Counted from the first letter of the whole stretch, positions 1-14,401 are shown. The stretch is 63,661 nt of DNA, filler included, from Circinaria calcarea (GCA_051942165.1; 7 parts of 7 records of this genome joined end to end with filler, not necessarily neighbours in it), one strand, 5' to 3'. The notes: generated from the sequence alone by a model not told the origin. Made by a program: numbers and translations.

Positions 1-2405
1 GAGACAGCCCCAGCCCACAACCCCTTTAACCTCTCGTACTTTTTCCGATCCCCGACACTCGGCCGCACACTTGGCCTCGCCGTCCAAAAGTCCTCGAGCC
101 GGATATCGTCGTTCCGCTTAATGGCCGCATACCCGGCCCGGCGGCACAGACTCTCCAGGTCGGCGCCCGAGAAGCCCTCGCACGCTTTCGCGACGGCGGC
201 GACATCTTCCGAAAACGGGATTTGGAGGTTGCGGATGAGGGTTTGGAGGATCTCGACGCGTTCATGCTCGCCGGGGAGGTCGACAAAGAGAAGCGTTTCG
301 AGACGACCGGGCCGGAGCATAGCCGGGTCGATGATGTCGGGGCGGTTGGTGGCTGCGATGACGTAGATGCCCTGGCGGTTGCTGAGGCCGTCGAGTTCGG
401 TGAGGAGGGTATTGACGACTCGGGCGGAAGATTCCGAGAGGGCGTCGTCTCTTTTCGGGACCAAGGCGTCCAATTCGTCGAAGAATATGACGCAGGGGAC
501 GGAAGAGCGGGCGCGGACAAAGACCTGGCGGACCGCACGCTCGGACTCGCCGACGTATTTGTTCAAGAGTTCTGGACCTTTGACGCTGATGAAGTTTGCG
601 CGGGACTCGTTTGCAACGGCTTTAGCTAAGAGGGTTTTGCCGCAGCCCGGGGGACCCCAGAGCAGAACACCCGTGGGAGCGGTGATGCCTACTCGGAGGT
701 ATTTCTCGGGGCTTTTGATTGGCTCGACAATTGCGGTAAGGAGTTCCTCTCGGACAGGACCAAGGGCACCAATGTCGTTCCAGGTGGTGTCGGGGATGGT
801 GGCGAACCCTTCCCGCTTCGACGAGGGTTGGATTTTGGGCAAGGCCGTCAGAAAATCTTCATTGGTAATGGCTATTGCGTCCATGTTTTGTACCGTAGGT
901 TCTTTGGCCCGTTTGATAAGACGCCGGAGTTCGGTAACCTTTTCCGATACCATAATGTCATTATCGAGGTCCATGTGGTTTGCTTCTGTTTTGAGAGTAT
1001 CAAGAAACCTCTTAATGGCCATGGAGCCTGCAGTAGAAACCAAATCGTTGAGATCTGCTCCAACAAATCCAGGGGTAAGCTTGGCCAAACGAAGAAAATC
1101 AAAGTTCCCTGACAGGCTCATCTGCCTGGTCAAGGCTTTTAAAATTTGTTCTCGCACTCCTTCACTAGGAACACTAAGATTGATTTCCTTGTCAAATCTT
1201 CCTCCACGCCGTAAGGCCGGATCCAAGCTGTCAGGTCTGTTTGTTGCGGCAATCACAATAACGGCTTTTCCTCCAGTCTTATCTAGCGCCAAGTCATCCA
1301 TACAGGTAAGTAGTTGGGCCACAATCCGCTTCTCCATTTCGCGTTGTGCGCTTTCTCTTTTTGGAGTAATCGCATCAATCTCATCAATAAATATGAGACA
1401 AGGGGCCAGTTTCTTAGCTTCTTCGAAATGTTCTCTTAGAGCCTTTTCGGACTCGCCAGACATGCCAGACACAATTGAAGGTGCCGAAAGTGCTATGAAT
1501 GGTACGCCGAGCTCAGCAGCGAAAGCATTGGCAATCATAGTCTTACCACACCCTGGGGGACCATGCAGTAGGATACCTCTAGGAGGCTGGATCCTCGAAG
1601 TGGTATAGATCTGTGGTTGGAGGAGTGGTAGCACGATCAAATCCTCTAGCTCCTGTATGACCGAGTCAACCCCCCCAAGGTCCGCAAGACTGACGTGGGT
1701 TGGCGGAGAACGGTCAATGTCCGAGATACCCTTCCTCCTTTTCGCTAAAGGCTCACCATTGTTAGAGCGCTTTTTTGATGTTGAAGCTTCTAAGGTTGCT
1801 TCCTTCTTTTCACGAGTAGACAGCTGGGAGTCGTTAGGGCGGGGCGAACCCTTGGCCCACATGCCCACTATACTCCTGTTGATACCATTCGAAGCCTGTG
1901 ATCAGATCTGTCAGAAAATTGCCCCCCACCCCCGAACAGAGGGCTAGATGCTCTCAATATTTCGTGTAGAAACCCACCTTCTCTTCTTGCATCCCAATGT
2001 CGGCAAAATCCCCTTCCATTGATCCTAAATCATCGTCACTGCTAGCTTCCTCCTTCAGAACCTCCAGGACGCGCTCAATGCTATCCTCTAGTAATTTCTT
2101 GCTTTTCCTATTCAAACTCGAATTTGACCGCTTGATTTTCTCATAGACCACCGTCACAGAGAGCCGTGCTCGTTGCTTATCATCGTACTGCGCCTGTTCA
2201 TCTGCCAGTTTCCGAACGATTTGGTAAACCTATAACACGTGCGTGAGCCATTATTGTCCCTGTGCTCGAGGGAAGGAGAGTGAGCTGCTGTAGGACCGCC
2301 AGCCCAATAACGCAATAGAAGGTTACCATCAGCATAAGGTTGACTTACCTCTTTATCAAGTCCATGACCAAGTGTTGCCCTCCCACCCCCGTACCTAGGA
2401 GCCAT
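1..2405 (-). CDS. RIX7: AAA+ ATPase, Rix7/NVL ribosome-biogenesis type (spliced; C-terminus runs off the contig end)
   Basis: Two Walker A motifs on the minus strand (HGPPGCGKT near 1541-1566; WGPPGCGKT near 632-659) and a Walker B IFFDELD. The N-terminus MAPRYGGGRATLGHGLDK is followed by an intron. The frame ends ...VRPSVGDRKKYERLKGLWAGAV with no stop inside the window. Confidence 0.9.
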
Positions 2406-2575
2406 GCTATCGTCTATGTATTCCACTTGGGCTTATGCTTGCCTTTGTATAACTTTTATTTGGTGTAGGCCTTATCGATAAGAGCCCTACGGATGTACTT
2501 GTTTGAGAACCAACGATCCGATGAGCGTGGAACCTTCCACACCTACATCATCAACACCATTACAATCATGCTGCG

Positions 2576-3279
2576 ATGGGGAACACGCCGAGCTCGCATA
2601 AGATCTCGGCGCAAGATAGGTAAAGCTGTCTATCCGGATTATCCTTTTACTCCATACTAACCTCTACAACAGGGCAATCCTTGACATGAAGAACCAGCGC
2701 GACAAGCTCCATCAGTACCAAAAGCGCATTACAGGCCTGACGGATCGTGAAACCGCCATCGCAAAACAATGCCTCGCTCGAGGAGACAAGGCCAAAGCGC
2801 TCCTAGCACTCCGACGGAAGAAGTACCAAGAATCCTTACTAGCGAAAACGGACGCGCAGCTTGAACAGCTACAGAAGCTTACCAGCGACGTGGAGTTTGC
2901 TTCGGTCCAGAAAGATGTTCTATACGGGTTACAGCAAGGCACAGCTGTCTTGAAGCAGATTCACGCGGAGATCGGTGGGATCGAAAATGTGGAGAAGCTC
3001 TTGGGGGAAAACGAGGAAGCTAGAGCATACCAAAAGGAAATAAGCGAAATGCTAGGAGGGCAGATCTCCAACGCGGATGAGGATGAGGTTGAGGACGAGT
3101 TAGATGCGCTACAGAAGGAAATAGAGGGGGCGAAGGAGCCTGAAGTCCCGGCTTTGCCAGAGGTACCGACCACTGGGCTGGAACCAAGCAATCAGCAAGC
3201 CGAGCAACAGAAAGCTAGGGCAAGGGCGAGAGCTAGGGAGCAGGCGCCTGCACGAGCTTCAGAACCTATCATGTCATAG
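2576..3279 (+). CDS. VPS20: ESCRT-III Snf7-family protein Vps20/CHMP6
   Basis: Exon 1 MGNTPSSHKISAQD (myristoylation-type MG start), GT..CTAAC..CAG intron, then AILDMKNQRDKLHQYQKRI...ALLALRRKKYQESLL and an acidic EDEVEDEL segment. Confidence 0.92.
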
Positions 3280-3576
3280 ATGTTTTATCTGCACAGCATC
3301 AGCATAGCGAGGGCGTTTGGTAGTCGGGTTTAGATGGGTAAATCCCTGGCATACTGATACATATTCCAATACTATATCCTGTCAGACTTACTCAGACCAG
3401 GAAGATACCAGAGTCACCTACCTGTTGGCTAATTTCCATAGTCAATTGACTTTAATTAGCCGTAGCATTATCTTAGCTAGATTTTTCTACCCCTCCTAAA
3501 ACAAGTCCCGTTTACTGCTCGAATACCGCCTCACATAGAGCTCCAATCCAGCCTCACTCCCCATATCCACGCAGAC

Positions 3577-4308
3577 TTACATCCCATGGCCCGGTCCCTG
3601 AGCAGCCATATCACTCACCCCGACAATACTCTTATGATCCCTCGGATTCGCTGCCTTCTCATACAAAACCTCCACCGGCTCCCTCGTCAACTTGGTAAAC
3701 TCGCCCTTGAACCCCAAATAATAAACGTTCGTCACTTCCCCACCATGATTATCCTCAAAGAATAGGGTGAGACTGTAAGTGTTGCCGAAGAGAGTCCTCT
3801 TCACGGGGACGTCTTGGATTTCCGAGGTTTGGGACAGGGTGAAGGTTTGCGTGGGCTGGAGGTCACTGGCAGTACCGAAGTCGAGATCGTCGCGGTTGAC
3901 GAAAATCTTAAGGGTGAGCGGGGCGGAGTCGTCGTTGGAGGATCTGACGAGGATGGAATGGAGTTTTACAGTTCCGGCGAATCTAGACAGGTTATGAGTG
4001 GGTGCCCGCCAGTACATATTCCATAATGTACATCACGCCACGTACGGAACGGTCATGAGAAGCTGCTCATCAGCATCGCTGGTCAGAATGGGCTCGGCAT
4101 CTAAACGTTGAGCCCATGTCTTCTGGACGATTTTGGCACCAGAATCGGGAACGCTCTCGTTCAGGGTTGTGATATTCCCGAATTCAATCTGCTTCCAGAG
4201 TAGGGATTGCAAGGCGGGCTCGATATCGTCGCTATGATCATGGCCTTCATGATGGTCTCCGTGACCGTGATCGTGGCCCGAGTGATCGTGCTCATGGGAA
4301 TGGGACAT
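3577..4308 (-). CDS. PITH-domain (proteasome-interacting thioredoxin-like) protein with His-rich N-terminus
   Basis: SDADEQLLMTVP, intron, FAGTVKLHSIL...APLTLKIFVNRDDLDF...YYLGFKGEF...YEKAANPRDH, typical of the PITHD1 family. Confidence 0.88.
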
Positions 4309-4682
4309 GATGGTTGAGAACTAGTGTATGGGATGGTGGGGAAGAGATGATAGAAACTGTAGTCTACTTAACACCATCATTCCCTATCCATTCACGGTAC
4401 TGGGTAGGATATATGGGTTATTCTGAATGACTGGTCGGAGTGCCGGCTCCTTAACACTTTCACAAACAACGCTTGGTATAGAGCAATCTGTCTCGACTAT
4501 AAGGATTGCAACCTCAAGTTAGTACAGGATAAACATCAGACGACATCATAAGCTGAATACTCCTCCATGACGGTTTAATCCTAAATGGTGCTAATATGAC
4601 TGGGAATATGAAAATATATCGGCAAATCTTCACAGCACGATTTGGTTTAGACGGAGAAATACTGTGATACGGGAGATTCCCC

Positions 4683-6808
4683 TTATTTGATTTGGTAATA
4701 GTCTGAGGCGTAATCTAACAACCAGCCTTTCTGAATTTTCGTTACCTCTCGAATGAAGGTCTTGTTCCCCGTTTCCATAACTTCGTTGAAGATAACCCAG
4801 TCAGCCTTACGGTTCTGCAGTCCTGTTAGTCAAGGCTACAAGATTAGAAGTTACTGTGAGAGACAAACAAACATAAGGGAGCTTGGATGAGCATGCAGAA
4901 TGGTTCCTCCACTGATCGTCTTGAAGCTACCGTCGGGCTGCATTCGTGCCGCATGAGCAAAGAAACCTGTGGTTAGGCACCTACTGATCTGCTCTCCCTT
5001 GCTGGAATGATCGTCTCCCTTTCCGTTCACTGTCAAAGATTCTTCCACATTGATACCGAATCGTTCAATATATCTCTTCAGCTGTGTGCGTACACTTACA
5101 GCTCTTACCATAGACTTGTAGTTCAGATAGTTGTCTCTGCACCATTTCGAATCCTTCTTCCCTTTGGTAACGAATGCTTGGTAAACATTGAGCAACGTTA
5201 GGTGATCTCCCTCTTCTGCGGCAAACTTCCGCCGAGCTGTGTCTGTTGCTTTCTTCTCTCCGTCGTGGGAAAACCATACAGCTCCTTGTAAGGAGACCAT
5301 GGCAGCTATGGATAATACCTCACTGAGGCAGCCAAACTTCGGGGACGCTAGGAGAACCTTGGCCATCATTGGCTCAACGGCCAATTCGGCCATTCGCATT
5401 CCAAGAGGTTTTGTGAGTTTAGCGTAGTCATCCAGTGCGCCCAACGAATAGAGGAGTTCAAGAGCACGGATTACTAGCTCCGCTGGCGGAGGAGTAAGGA
5501 AGTCAAAGCGCGCAATGTTGTCGATTCCAAGGGCTTTCAGCTGGAGAATTGCAGGCGCGAGATTGGACCGTTGGACCTCTGGAACGGTGGCCTCTGGCAT
5601 CGAGGCGTAGGCGTTCTCCGTGTATAGTCGATAACACTTGCCCGGTTTCGTTCGTCCAGCTCTCCCTGCTCGTTGCGTCGCAGAGGCCTTAGAAACGGGT
5701 GTTGCGGTGAGAGTTTCAATGCCGGTAATAGGATTGAAAGCCCGTAGCTTTACAAAACCGCAGTCGATAACGTAGACTATGCCATCAATAGTCACAGAGG
5801 CTTCTGCAATGTTCGTAGAGACAATAACCTTGCGGGTGTTTTCTGGCGCTGGCTCAAATACGTACAGCTGTTGCTCGGTTGTTAAGCCTGCATACATTGG
5901 CAGAGGTAGTATTGACGGGGCACGGGGATGCAATGAAGCCGATTGTTCGGAGATCATCTGCATAGCCGTTTCTATCTCCTCGCGGCCGGTGAGAAAAATG
6001 AGAATATCCCCATCGGCCTCGCTGGAATGAATGTCAAAGACCGCCTTGACAGCACGCTCTACGTAGTTTTCTGCAGGTTCTTCGAGGAAAAGCATATCAA
6101 CAGGAAACATCCTTCCTTCCAAGCTGATGATTCGGCCAATGGAGTTGCCACTATCTCCTTCTATGGCTTTCTCATCGGAAGCATTGCCGGTAAAAAATCG
6201 TAGAAAGTCCTCCGCTTGAAGAGTTGCACTACTAACAATCACTCGTAACTCTGGCCTCCGCTTCAAGACTTTCTTGAGTATACCCAAGAGGATATCTGTG
6301 CTGAGTGAGCGTTCATGGGCTTCGTCAACCATAATGACCGAGTAACGTGATAATAAAGGATCAACCAGAGCCTCTCGAAGGAGAAGTCCATCAGTCATAA
6401 ATTTGATACGAGTCGACGCAGAGGTCAAGTCCTCAAATCTGATGGAATAACCCACTTCCTCGCCTAATTTGCATCTCATCTCCTCAGCTACTCTGGTAGC
6501 CACGGTGGTAGCAGCAACCCTCCGCGGCTGGAAAAATGTCAATATCGATTACAAGAGTTGATTCAGGCGTAGGTTAACCTACCTACCTGCGTCACCGCAA
6601 CCACTTTCCCATCTGCACACCATCCTGCTTGCTCCAAGAATTGCGGGATCTGCGTTGTCTTCCCGCTCCCTGTCTGACCAACAACAATGGTAACAGGAAA
6701 GGTCTCGATGAGGTATAGCAAGGTTTCTCGATGACGTGCAATAGGGAGTAAGGCGGAGGGTTTGTGCAGTGAAGGTATGAAAGACGTCGAAACATCAAGA
6801 TCGGCCAT
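4683..6808 (-). CDS. DEAH-box RNA helicase, DHX35-like (2 introns)
   Basis: GQTGSGKTT, TQ/PRRVAA, DEAH, SAT, STNIAEASVT and QRAGRAGR motifs, HA2/OB region. Last exon ends ...DYYQIK* at 4683. Confidence 0.92.
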
Positions 6809-7117
6809 TTAGGCCTCTTGTCTAGAAACACATGTGCATGAATCCAAATGAGAATTAAAGGTCTTGACCACCTGCCCAGCAAACTCCCTATGAATTTCTT
6901 GTAGACTGTGTTGACGTCGCTAGCTTGATATCTCGGTTGGTAGCTCAGCCCTATCGACTATAAACGGCCTGCTCCCCCTCCATTCGTCACCTTTGAGACT
7001 TTTCACCTCACCCATTCATTTCACACCTCCGCTTCGAATAAGACATCACGAACGGTTACTATTCACGCTTTGATCCTCAAACTGTTTGTATCCACAAGAG
7101 ACCTGACCTAGAACGCA

Positions 7118-8681
7118 ATGGCAGAACCTGAGAAGCCAGTACGCTACCGCCTACGTGATAATGATCAACCGGTATACTGATTTAATGGTGGGATAGAAGG
7201 TTGGAGGTCTTCCCGAGTCGCCGACTACTGCAAGAGAACCCGAGTTTGAAGACGAACCACTGGATACCTCAGCGTCGCCTAAGCCAGCAATGCCCAACAG
7301 TGGAATAGATCATTCTTCCACGACTCCGAAACCTGCCAACGAAGACGTACCACCTCCTCAACCTCCGCGCCCACTAAGCCCTCGACAACAAGCAGAGAGT
7401 ACTCTCAGGGAGGCATTCCCCTCAATAGATAGTGCGGTAGTGAGGGCGGTATTGACTGCTAGTGGCGGACAAGTAGAACCCGCTTTCAACGCCCTGCTTG
7501 GTAGGTATATGCTACAGGCTAAAGAGCATTGCTAACCTACGATCAGGCATGTCCGACCCTGATTCTCAACAAGAACCTCCAGCTCCTCCTCAGCCTCCAA
7601 GGCCTGCTTCGACTACCAGACGACCACCTGCAACTCAACAGCAGGGCCAACTTGAAGCTGACGAAGCGTACGCGCGTCAACTTTATGATGAGTACAACGG
7701 TACGTCAACGCTTAGCGGACATCCGAGGAATGTATCGCGGGGCAATCGGCAACCGACTCTACCGAAACCAAAGAAAGAAACTGGTCTAAAGCCTAATGAG
7801 TTATATGACGATCGCGAACACAGTTTTATTGATGGTAAGGATTTCTGATTTTGATCCTTTTCGGATACTAATACATGTGACAGATGACCTGCCTGTGATT
7901 AAGGACCAATTAAAGAAAGGTTTCCTTGAGACGCAGAAAACAGTAAACAGTTTTATTACGAACTTGAAGAAGAGAATTGACGGAGATGACGGAGACGATC
8001 TCCAGGGTCGTTCTTCTTCTCACCAAACCTACCAATCCGATTCGATACAGGGGCAAACACCACATCAATACCCTGGCAGAAGAAGTGACGAATATGCACG
8101 TCGCAGCGGGGATCATGAGAGATATGATGCAGACCCCCAAGTCCTAGGTGATGATTTCACTCGACTTCATCTACGAGACGAGTCAGGTATGTTTTAGTAC
8201 CTATAAATTTACATGTGCAAGTCAGAATCTGATTACCCTAGCCCCGAAACCTCGACCGAACCGCCCACTTGCAAATCCGGATTTGTTCAAACCGACGCCC
8301 AACCCATCATCATCCACTGGCCGCCGAGTGTCCTTCCAAGAGGGTCCACCGGAAGAAATCGACGATCTCTACCGTTCATCTCCAGACCCGACAAAGCGTC
8401 CATCATCCAGCGCCAGTAGGAGCAAGTGGCAACCTTTAGCAGCAGTGGATCCACATCCAGTAGCTGATCATGACCCATTCAGTCTTGGAGATAGTGATGA
8501 TGAGGAATCCAAGAAGAAAGACATCAAGGCGGAAGATAGCGAGCGGCTGAAAAAGGCGGCTGCAGACGCAAAGGCCAGTGATTCGAGTGCGCAGGGTACG
8601 GAAGAGCTGCGACCTCAGCAGACGATTGGGAGCGCGGGGACGAGAGATAAGGACGCGGAGGACTTGATTGGGAAATCGTAG
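7118..8681 (+). CDS. CUE5: CUE-domain ubiquitin-binding protein, Cue5-like (4 introns)
   Basis: LREAFPSIDSAVVRAVLTASGGQVEPAFNALL CUE domain, QLEADEAYARQL, DDLPVIKDQLKKGFLETQKTVNSF. Confidence 0.82.
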
Positions 8682-8924
8682 CGTATTCCCAGAAACGTGT
8701 CTTTGATAGTCTGTGTACGGTAGAGTATCGTCGATCCAACCAAGTATGCCGAGCTTAAAAATCTCGCTCATTCCATTGAACCTTGGTCAATCCCACAGCT
8801 CGACTCACTCCCTTTAAATCCTCCCTCGTAGCAACAAACACCAAACTTGACCGGGTCCCGGGTATGCGTTTTATCCCTCTAAACTCCTAAAATCGTAGAT
8901 ACGTAATCCATCTTCACTCCTAAA

Positions 8925-9025
8925 TCATTCCCCCCTTTTTCTACCCCTCCCTCGCCCTCTCCCTCTCCTCCTCTCCCTCTCCCTCTCCTCCCCTCCTCAT
9001 CTCTATCTCTCCCCATCTTCCTTCG
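8925..9025. repeat. Polypyrimidine (C/T) low-complexity tract at contig end
   Basis: CCCTCTCCCTCTCCTCCTCTCCCTCT... run directly before the first gap. Confidence 0.8.
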
Positions 9026-9030
9026 TGGAG

Positions 9031-9130
9031 NNNNNNNNNNNNNNNNNNNNNNNNNNNNNNNNNNNNNNNNNNNNTTAATTAATTAANNNNNNNNNNNNNN
9101 NNNNNNNNNNNNNNNNNNNNNNNNNNNNNN
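9031..9130. other. Artificial contig linker (N44-TTAATTAATTAA-N44)
   Basis: 100-nt linker with stops in all six frames. The same linker occurs at 18153-18252, 27273-27372, 36389-36488, 45482-45581 and 54572-54671. Confidence 0.98.
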
Positions 9131-12100
9131 GGATCGAGCTATGATAGACTGTTTTAGTGTCTATACATGGCCATATGCAGGCGGGATGAGAGTTACTTAC
9201 ACTATCTCATTGTCTGATGGACTTGATGAATCGGACGACGCCGAGTTGGCAAAGGTGAGGAGAAGTGCAGCATCGGAAGCAACATCTCGCTCTCCTTCCT
9301 CCGTGGTGCTCTGGTTGAGTGCCATTGCCGTTAGTTGAGCGTGATATTGGGGCCTGAAGGTGATGTTGCTAGGAAAGAATGTTGTGCAAAAGTTGGAGGA
9401 GAAGCTGAATTTATACCAAAGGAAGCTCAGATGATTCACACACCTTAACACCTCCCGATAAATGCTAACGACATCATAACTCGCTTGATCGGACTCCTGA
9501 TATATGGCGACGCCATCATATCTCCATCTGTTAATCTCATATATACAAGGCATATCCCCGCACTGATTCGCTGATTAAGCGAGCCCTACCCTTCGTTTTC
9601 TTCACCAGCCAATACCGGAGCAAAACAACGCAGTAGCGTTATGCACTGTTTTTCTCCAGCCGAAAATTTTATAGGATAATGCTCATGTTATTCAAGAGCT
9701 GCATTCTGCAACACATTGCCACCAAATGCAACACCTTTCCCGTGATCCTCGCAGCGCTTATGTACCAAGTTTAGCAGATCACAGCTTTGTGGTATATACA
9801 CGACAACTTTACACCCTGAAGGCTGTCTCCAATTGCTTCATCTGAACTGAGGTTAAGAGCACAAGCTTCGTACCGAGACCTTCATAGCTCCCATTTCAAT
9901 CCATGCCAATGATTGCCAGAGCTCGGAAGGTTCGTCGATAACTCCGCAGGGCCACCGTGTATATCTTTTCGCCTGACTGATTTCTCATAGAGGGCAGCAG
10001 CAGAAGCCTGGTTGATAGCGACGCTATAGCGTTTCACTCAAAGATTGCTCATTGATGTGGTCTCAGAATAGGGTGCTTTGCTAGACCGCTGCAGTATCCA
10101 TACATCGTTATATATCCCAACTATGGCGATCAGGATTTTTCTTGGCTTTGTTGAAAGACTCCTGTATACTATGTAACCTCCGACATGCAGTACTTTTGAA
10201 AAAGTGAGTGGTAGAGAGAAGTATAGTGCTGCTGCAAATGATACTGAGATAACTGCTTTGCTTATGTCCCATTTAATACAAGATGGTGTAAAGACCAATG
10301 TGGTTTTGCTACTGAATGATAGTCAGCATCAGTGAGTGTAGTGATTGCAGAGCAAGGTATAGTTTTTGGTGGGAGTCACTCCAGTTGATGAATTTGAATT
10401 CGAAATGCCTTGAACAGATAATTCATAGCGGATCGGTTGGGGCACTCTGACCAATCGGTCCATTGATCACCCAGCCCGGACTACCACCTAAGTTCCCCTA
10501 ATTCACAAATGGAATCTCTTGGTTAGCTTCTGGGATATTTTTCCACATACAAAGTATTCACGCCTCCAGAAGCCGCTCATAATACAAAGAAGCGACAACA
10601 CCAAGCAGGCGTTGCCTCAGTCCAAGCGCTTAAAGCGGGAAAGCGCCCAGCAACTTATACCCTAGCTGTACTTCTTAGTATCTACATTGCTCTTGCAGAT
10701 ATACCATGGAAACACATACTTCGGAAAGGTTATTCAACATTTTATCGTCTCCCTTCATTCGAGCTTCTCCTGCACCAGCAACCCCCAACAAATGGGCATC
10801 AATCCATTTGTTCACCTCTTCCCTAATCCCCTTCCCTTCTGTTGAATGTTGGTTTGCATACAAGTAGCTTACATTCTTTGCTTGTGCGAAATTCGCCTTC
10901 TATGCTATTGAAATAACACCGTACTTCACCAAACTAAGTGTACAGTGCCAATTCCAACACCTTTGCTCTTGCCTGTCTCAGTTTTTTGGTCACACAGAAA
11001 ATATATATATGAAAGAGTTCCGCCCTGTGTGCAGATTTCTACTGCGGGAAGCATTCAAGCCATGGTGCACTATATTTCTTCTTCTATACACATTAAATCG
11101 CCTTCTCTGCTAGCCATCGGCCTCTCAAGCACCACAACATCAAGTCTTCAACGTCAGAGATACGAAGAGGTAAGAGGAAGACACCGCTACCTTCTAAGCT
11201 TCTGATGCGTATTACCGTAAGGGATTGTCCTTCGTTTTCGTCGCAAAAACATGAGATTATGGAGTTCGTTCATTCGCACAACCTCAGCGGAATTCGCAAG
11301 CTATCCGGACAACCAGCCGGTCTTTCCATCAGACATAGACTACTATATATGTGATGACAAAGAGTGTACGAACCATACTGGAAGAATCGTCTGCGTCGCT
11401 CGTGATAAGACGCGGAACTAAGGGGAAAAGTATTCAAGTATTATGGTTAATACTGCGTTGTCGAGTAATAGGCCTTAGATATTTACTTAATCTAAGACGC
11501 CTCGACCGTTAGTGCTTACCCGATCACTTTATCTAACCCTAAGTTATACTGCGTGCTCAAGTCCAGAAGTACCCGCCGGTATCCTAATGCTACTAAGTAG
11601 ATTTGAAACTTCCCCGTCCACAGTCACAACGAATCTCGGCCCTATCAACATATCAGTCGCACTAAAATCCCCTTTGCCCTCCGCTTCCAAGCCCTTCGTT
11701 TTATCAATCGAAGATGGGTTCGATGTCGTACATTCGGAATCAGCAAAGGTCACACGCGATGGTTCTCAATTCCTCCATCCTCCTAGATTTCAGCCTTGAA
11801 GGCGACGCACAGTCGCGGGCACCTATTGGGCATGCTACGTATCGAAAGGGTGAAGATTCAAGTGATGACAATGAGAATAAATACAATGGCCAAACTGTAA
11901 GTGGCCGACCAAGGGCCAAAGATTTGACGCGCACGGTACTGCCATGGTACATGGGAATTGAGGATGGCCACGAAACGTTAGATACCATAGAGCCAGGTAC
12001 TTTGAAAGAGCTATCCAAGGCACACGGGCCTACATCCTGGATCTCGGTCCCCCTCTGGACTTGCGAATCGATTTGGAGCCTCCCCCTTACCCTTATCAGC

Positions 12101-14235
12101 TGCTGTGCCTGTGACAGGACTGGGAGCTATTTCAAATGCTTTAGTTGGAGAGGGAAGCGTGAACTTGACCGGAGCAGCAGAGACGAGTTATTGAGAGACA
12201 GGGAAGAGATTCAGAAGAATAAAGGCCAAAATTTCTACAGACGGCAGCAGCCGGAGGCCAAAGAGTGTTCAATTGACTCGGCTCAGAAGTTATTGGATAC
12301 GGATTGACAGACGTCAAACATCGAACAAAATTCTTTAAATTCGAACGAGAATTATTCCATACTGCTCGTACTGCCATGGGAATATAAACCCGTTCCTTAA
12401 AGGAACTGGTTGGTATTTTATCTTCATATCGAAATTAATTTACGTAAAATAACGAAGCCTTGCAACTCTGCTCTGATGAAATTACGCAGCGAGAACGGCA
12501 AATTGCAGCTGTTGAAGGAGGAGCAAAACAGAGGCGCCCTGACCTCGATCACGGTGATAGTCTGATCACCACCCGTGAGAATGAAGACAGTGGACTTTGG
12601 AAGCTTGAGTGGGACAGAAATTTCGTCTGAAAAGCCTCGAGCGTGTTTAATGAATCGAGTTTGGTTCCTAGGAAGAGATGATGTGGCACGGAATGAGTAT
12701 CTTGCCGAATGGAAAGAGAAAACCAATGGAGGTCCGCAGGTGCATGGCTCTAATAGAGGATATTGAGCGTCAAGCCTTTCGGAGACAGCCTGCACCTCCT
12801 GCTAGTAACCCAGGGCCGCCGAGAGCATCGAGAAGTGGAAATGTTGCGGAGGGTGGTAAAAGTAATATCGGAGGAACCCACTTCTAGACACCAGCTAAAG
12901 CGCAGGATCATCAGAAGCAATAAAGGGTCCGAAGAAATCATTGCCAATCCGCGGGGCATTTAGAGAGCATGGTTAATGAAAAGGACAGGTACTTAAGTCT
13001 AAAAAAGTCGATCAGTCATCAAAGGCTACGCCTAGCCTAAAGTTTCTATTGCTGCTATTGGTGAGTTCAAAGAATATTAAGGTGTTACTTGTTTCTCTGC
13101 GTATTAAGTTGGCTACCAACAAATTACTTCATTCTAGGTAAAGTTTGATAAGTTCTTACAAATCACTGAGGCATCTATTCCAGCTTTCTTTGCTCTTTTA
13201 TCTTATACCGTAGACCGTGTGTACGGCAAAGCCTAGGATAACTTCTTTAGTCTATTCATATGTGTTATGTTTTCCAATTTGAGACAATATTAATATATTT
13301 AGGATGGCATCTTCAAACACTGTCAAACAACTATTAGCCGGGACCGCCGTAGAATCGCATGTTACGGTTTTAATTATAAGAATCGCCTATTCAACCTGAT
13401 AAGGGAATCCCAGCTCCGCGAATTTATTCCACCAGACGAAACCATCACAGACAAAGATGTGAGACTGATAACCCACTGGAAAATCCGAAATAGCTGTGTG
13501 CGACACCGCTCAAGACCTGGGAGAGAATGGGGAAAAGCGAAGAAAAAAGGAACCACCGGGGATCGGTTCAAGGGATTATACCAGAAGGGGTTTGCTGCTG
13601 GGTATGCAAAAGGTCTTGAAGAGGCCTAACTGGAAATATCCCGCCTTAAGGCGGATGTTGAGGGATTAATCGCAAAGTATTACCAGCTATCCCGAAGCGT
13701 ATTTGGAGCAAAATGAAGTGTCTGATCGCTTTATAGCTATATGAATCTGCTCGAAGCAACCAAAGATGACGCCTGCAGCACAATCTAACCCTAGTTGATC
13801 AGGTTTAATCAGAAACCTGAAAAACAGCATTTACAAACTTTCCTAATCTCATACATCTATCTCTTCGTTGTTGCGAGTGTCAAACACGCCAGGTTTCAAC
13901 TTCGGCTCTTTCCTAAAGACTTCTTTATTTCGACTGGCTCCGTTGTAGAGCTTTCGATTTCAGAGGTTATCTGAGCATTACACGGTTCAAGGGATTTTCT
14001 TAAAAGATACCTATTAACCCTCCGCTCTCTAACATTGCAAAACAAACGAGGTTCCAATCATAAACCTCAATAAAACCTGACAAGAATAACCCCAAATCAA
14101 AAAACGATACCTTCCCGCCTGAGGAAATTGTTCACCACCTACCCCGATTTATATTCCCTCAAAGTCTACAGCATCGAGGAATTCGCTCTTCCCCCCCCCC
14201 CCCCGGGGGATTCGGATTTTGCAAACAGGACACAA

Positions 14236-14401
14236 TAAGAATCTAGAGTAGTCAAGGTAAGACGTCGCCTACTCTTCTTCAGAGAATCGGCTCATAAGAA
14301 ACAGAATATCACTAAGAATTTGGAGTAGTCGAGAACGTGGCATACTCTTCTCCAGAGGATCAGCTCACAGTTTACAGAACACGAGAGAATATAAAGTAAT
14401 C
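14236..14401. repeat. Degenerate tandem repeat, ~72-77 bp period, just over two copies
   Basis: TAAGAATCTAGAGTAGTC..TACTCTTCTTCAGAGAATCGGCTCA at 14236 versus TAAGAATTTGGAGTAGTC..TACTCTTCTCCAGAGGATCAGCTCA at 14313, with a partial third copy near 14385. Confidence 0.7.

Noticed and set aside
367..1608. 413-aa plus-strand ORF
   Set aside because: Antisense shadow of RIX7; the AAA motifs are on the minus strand.
9075..9086. Recurring TTAATTAATTAA palindrome
   Set aside because: Artificial six-frame stop linker inside every gap.
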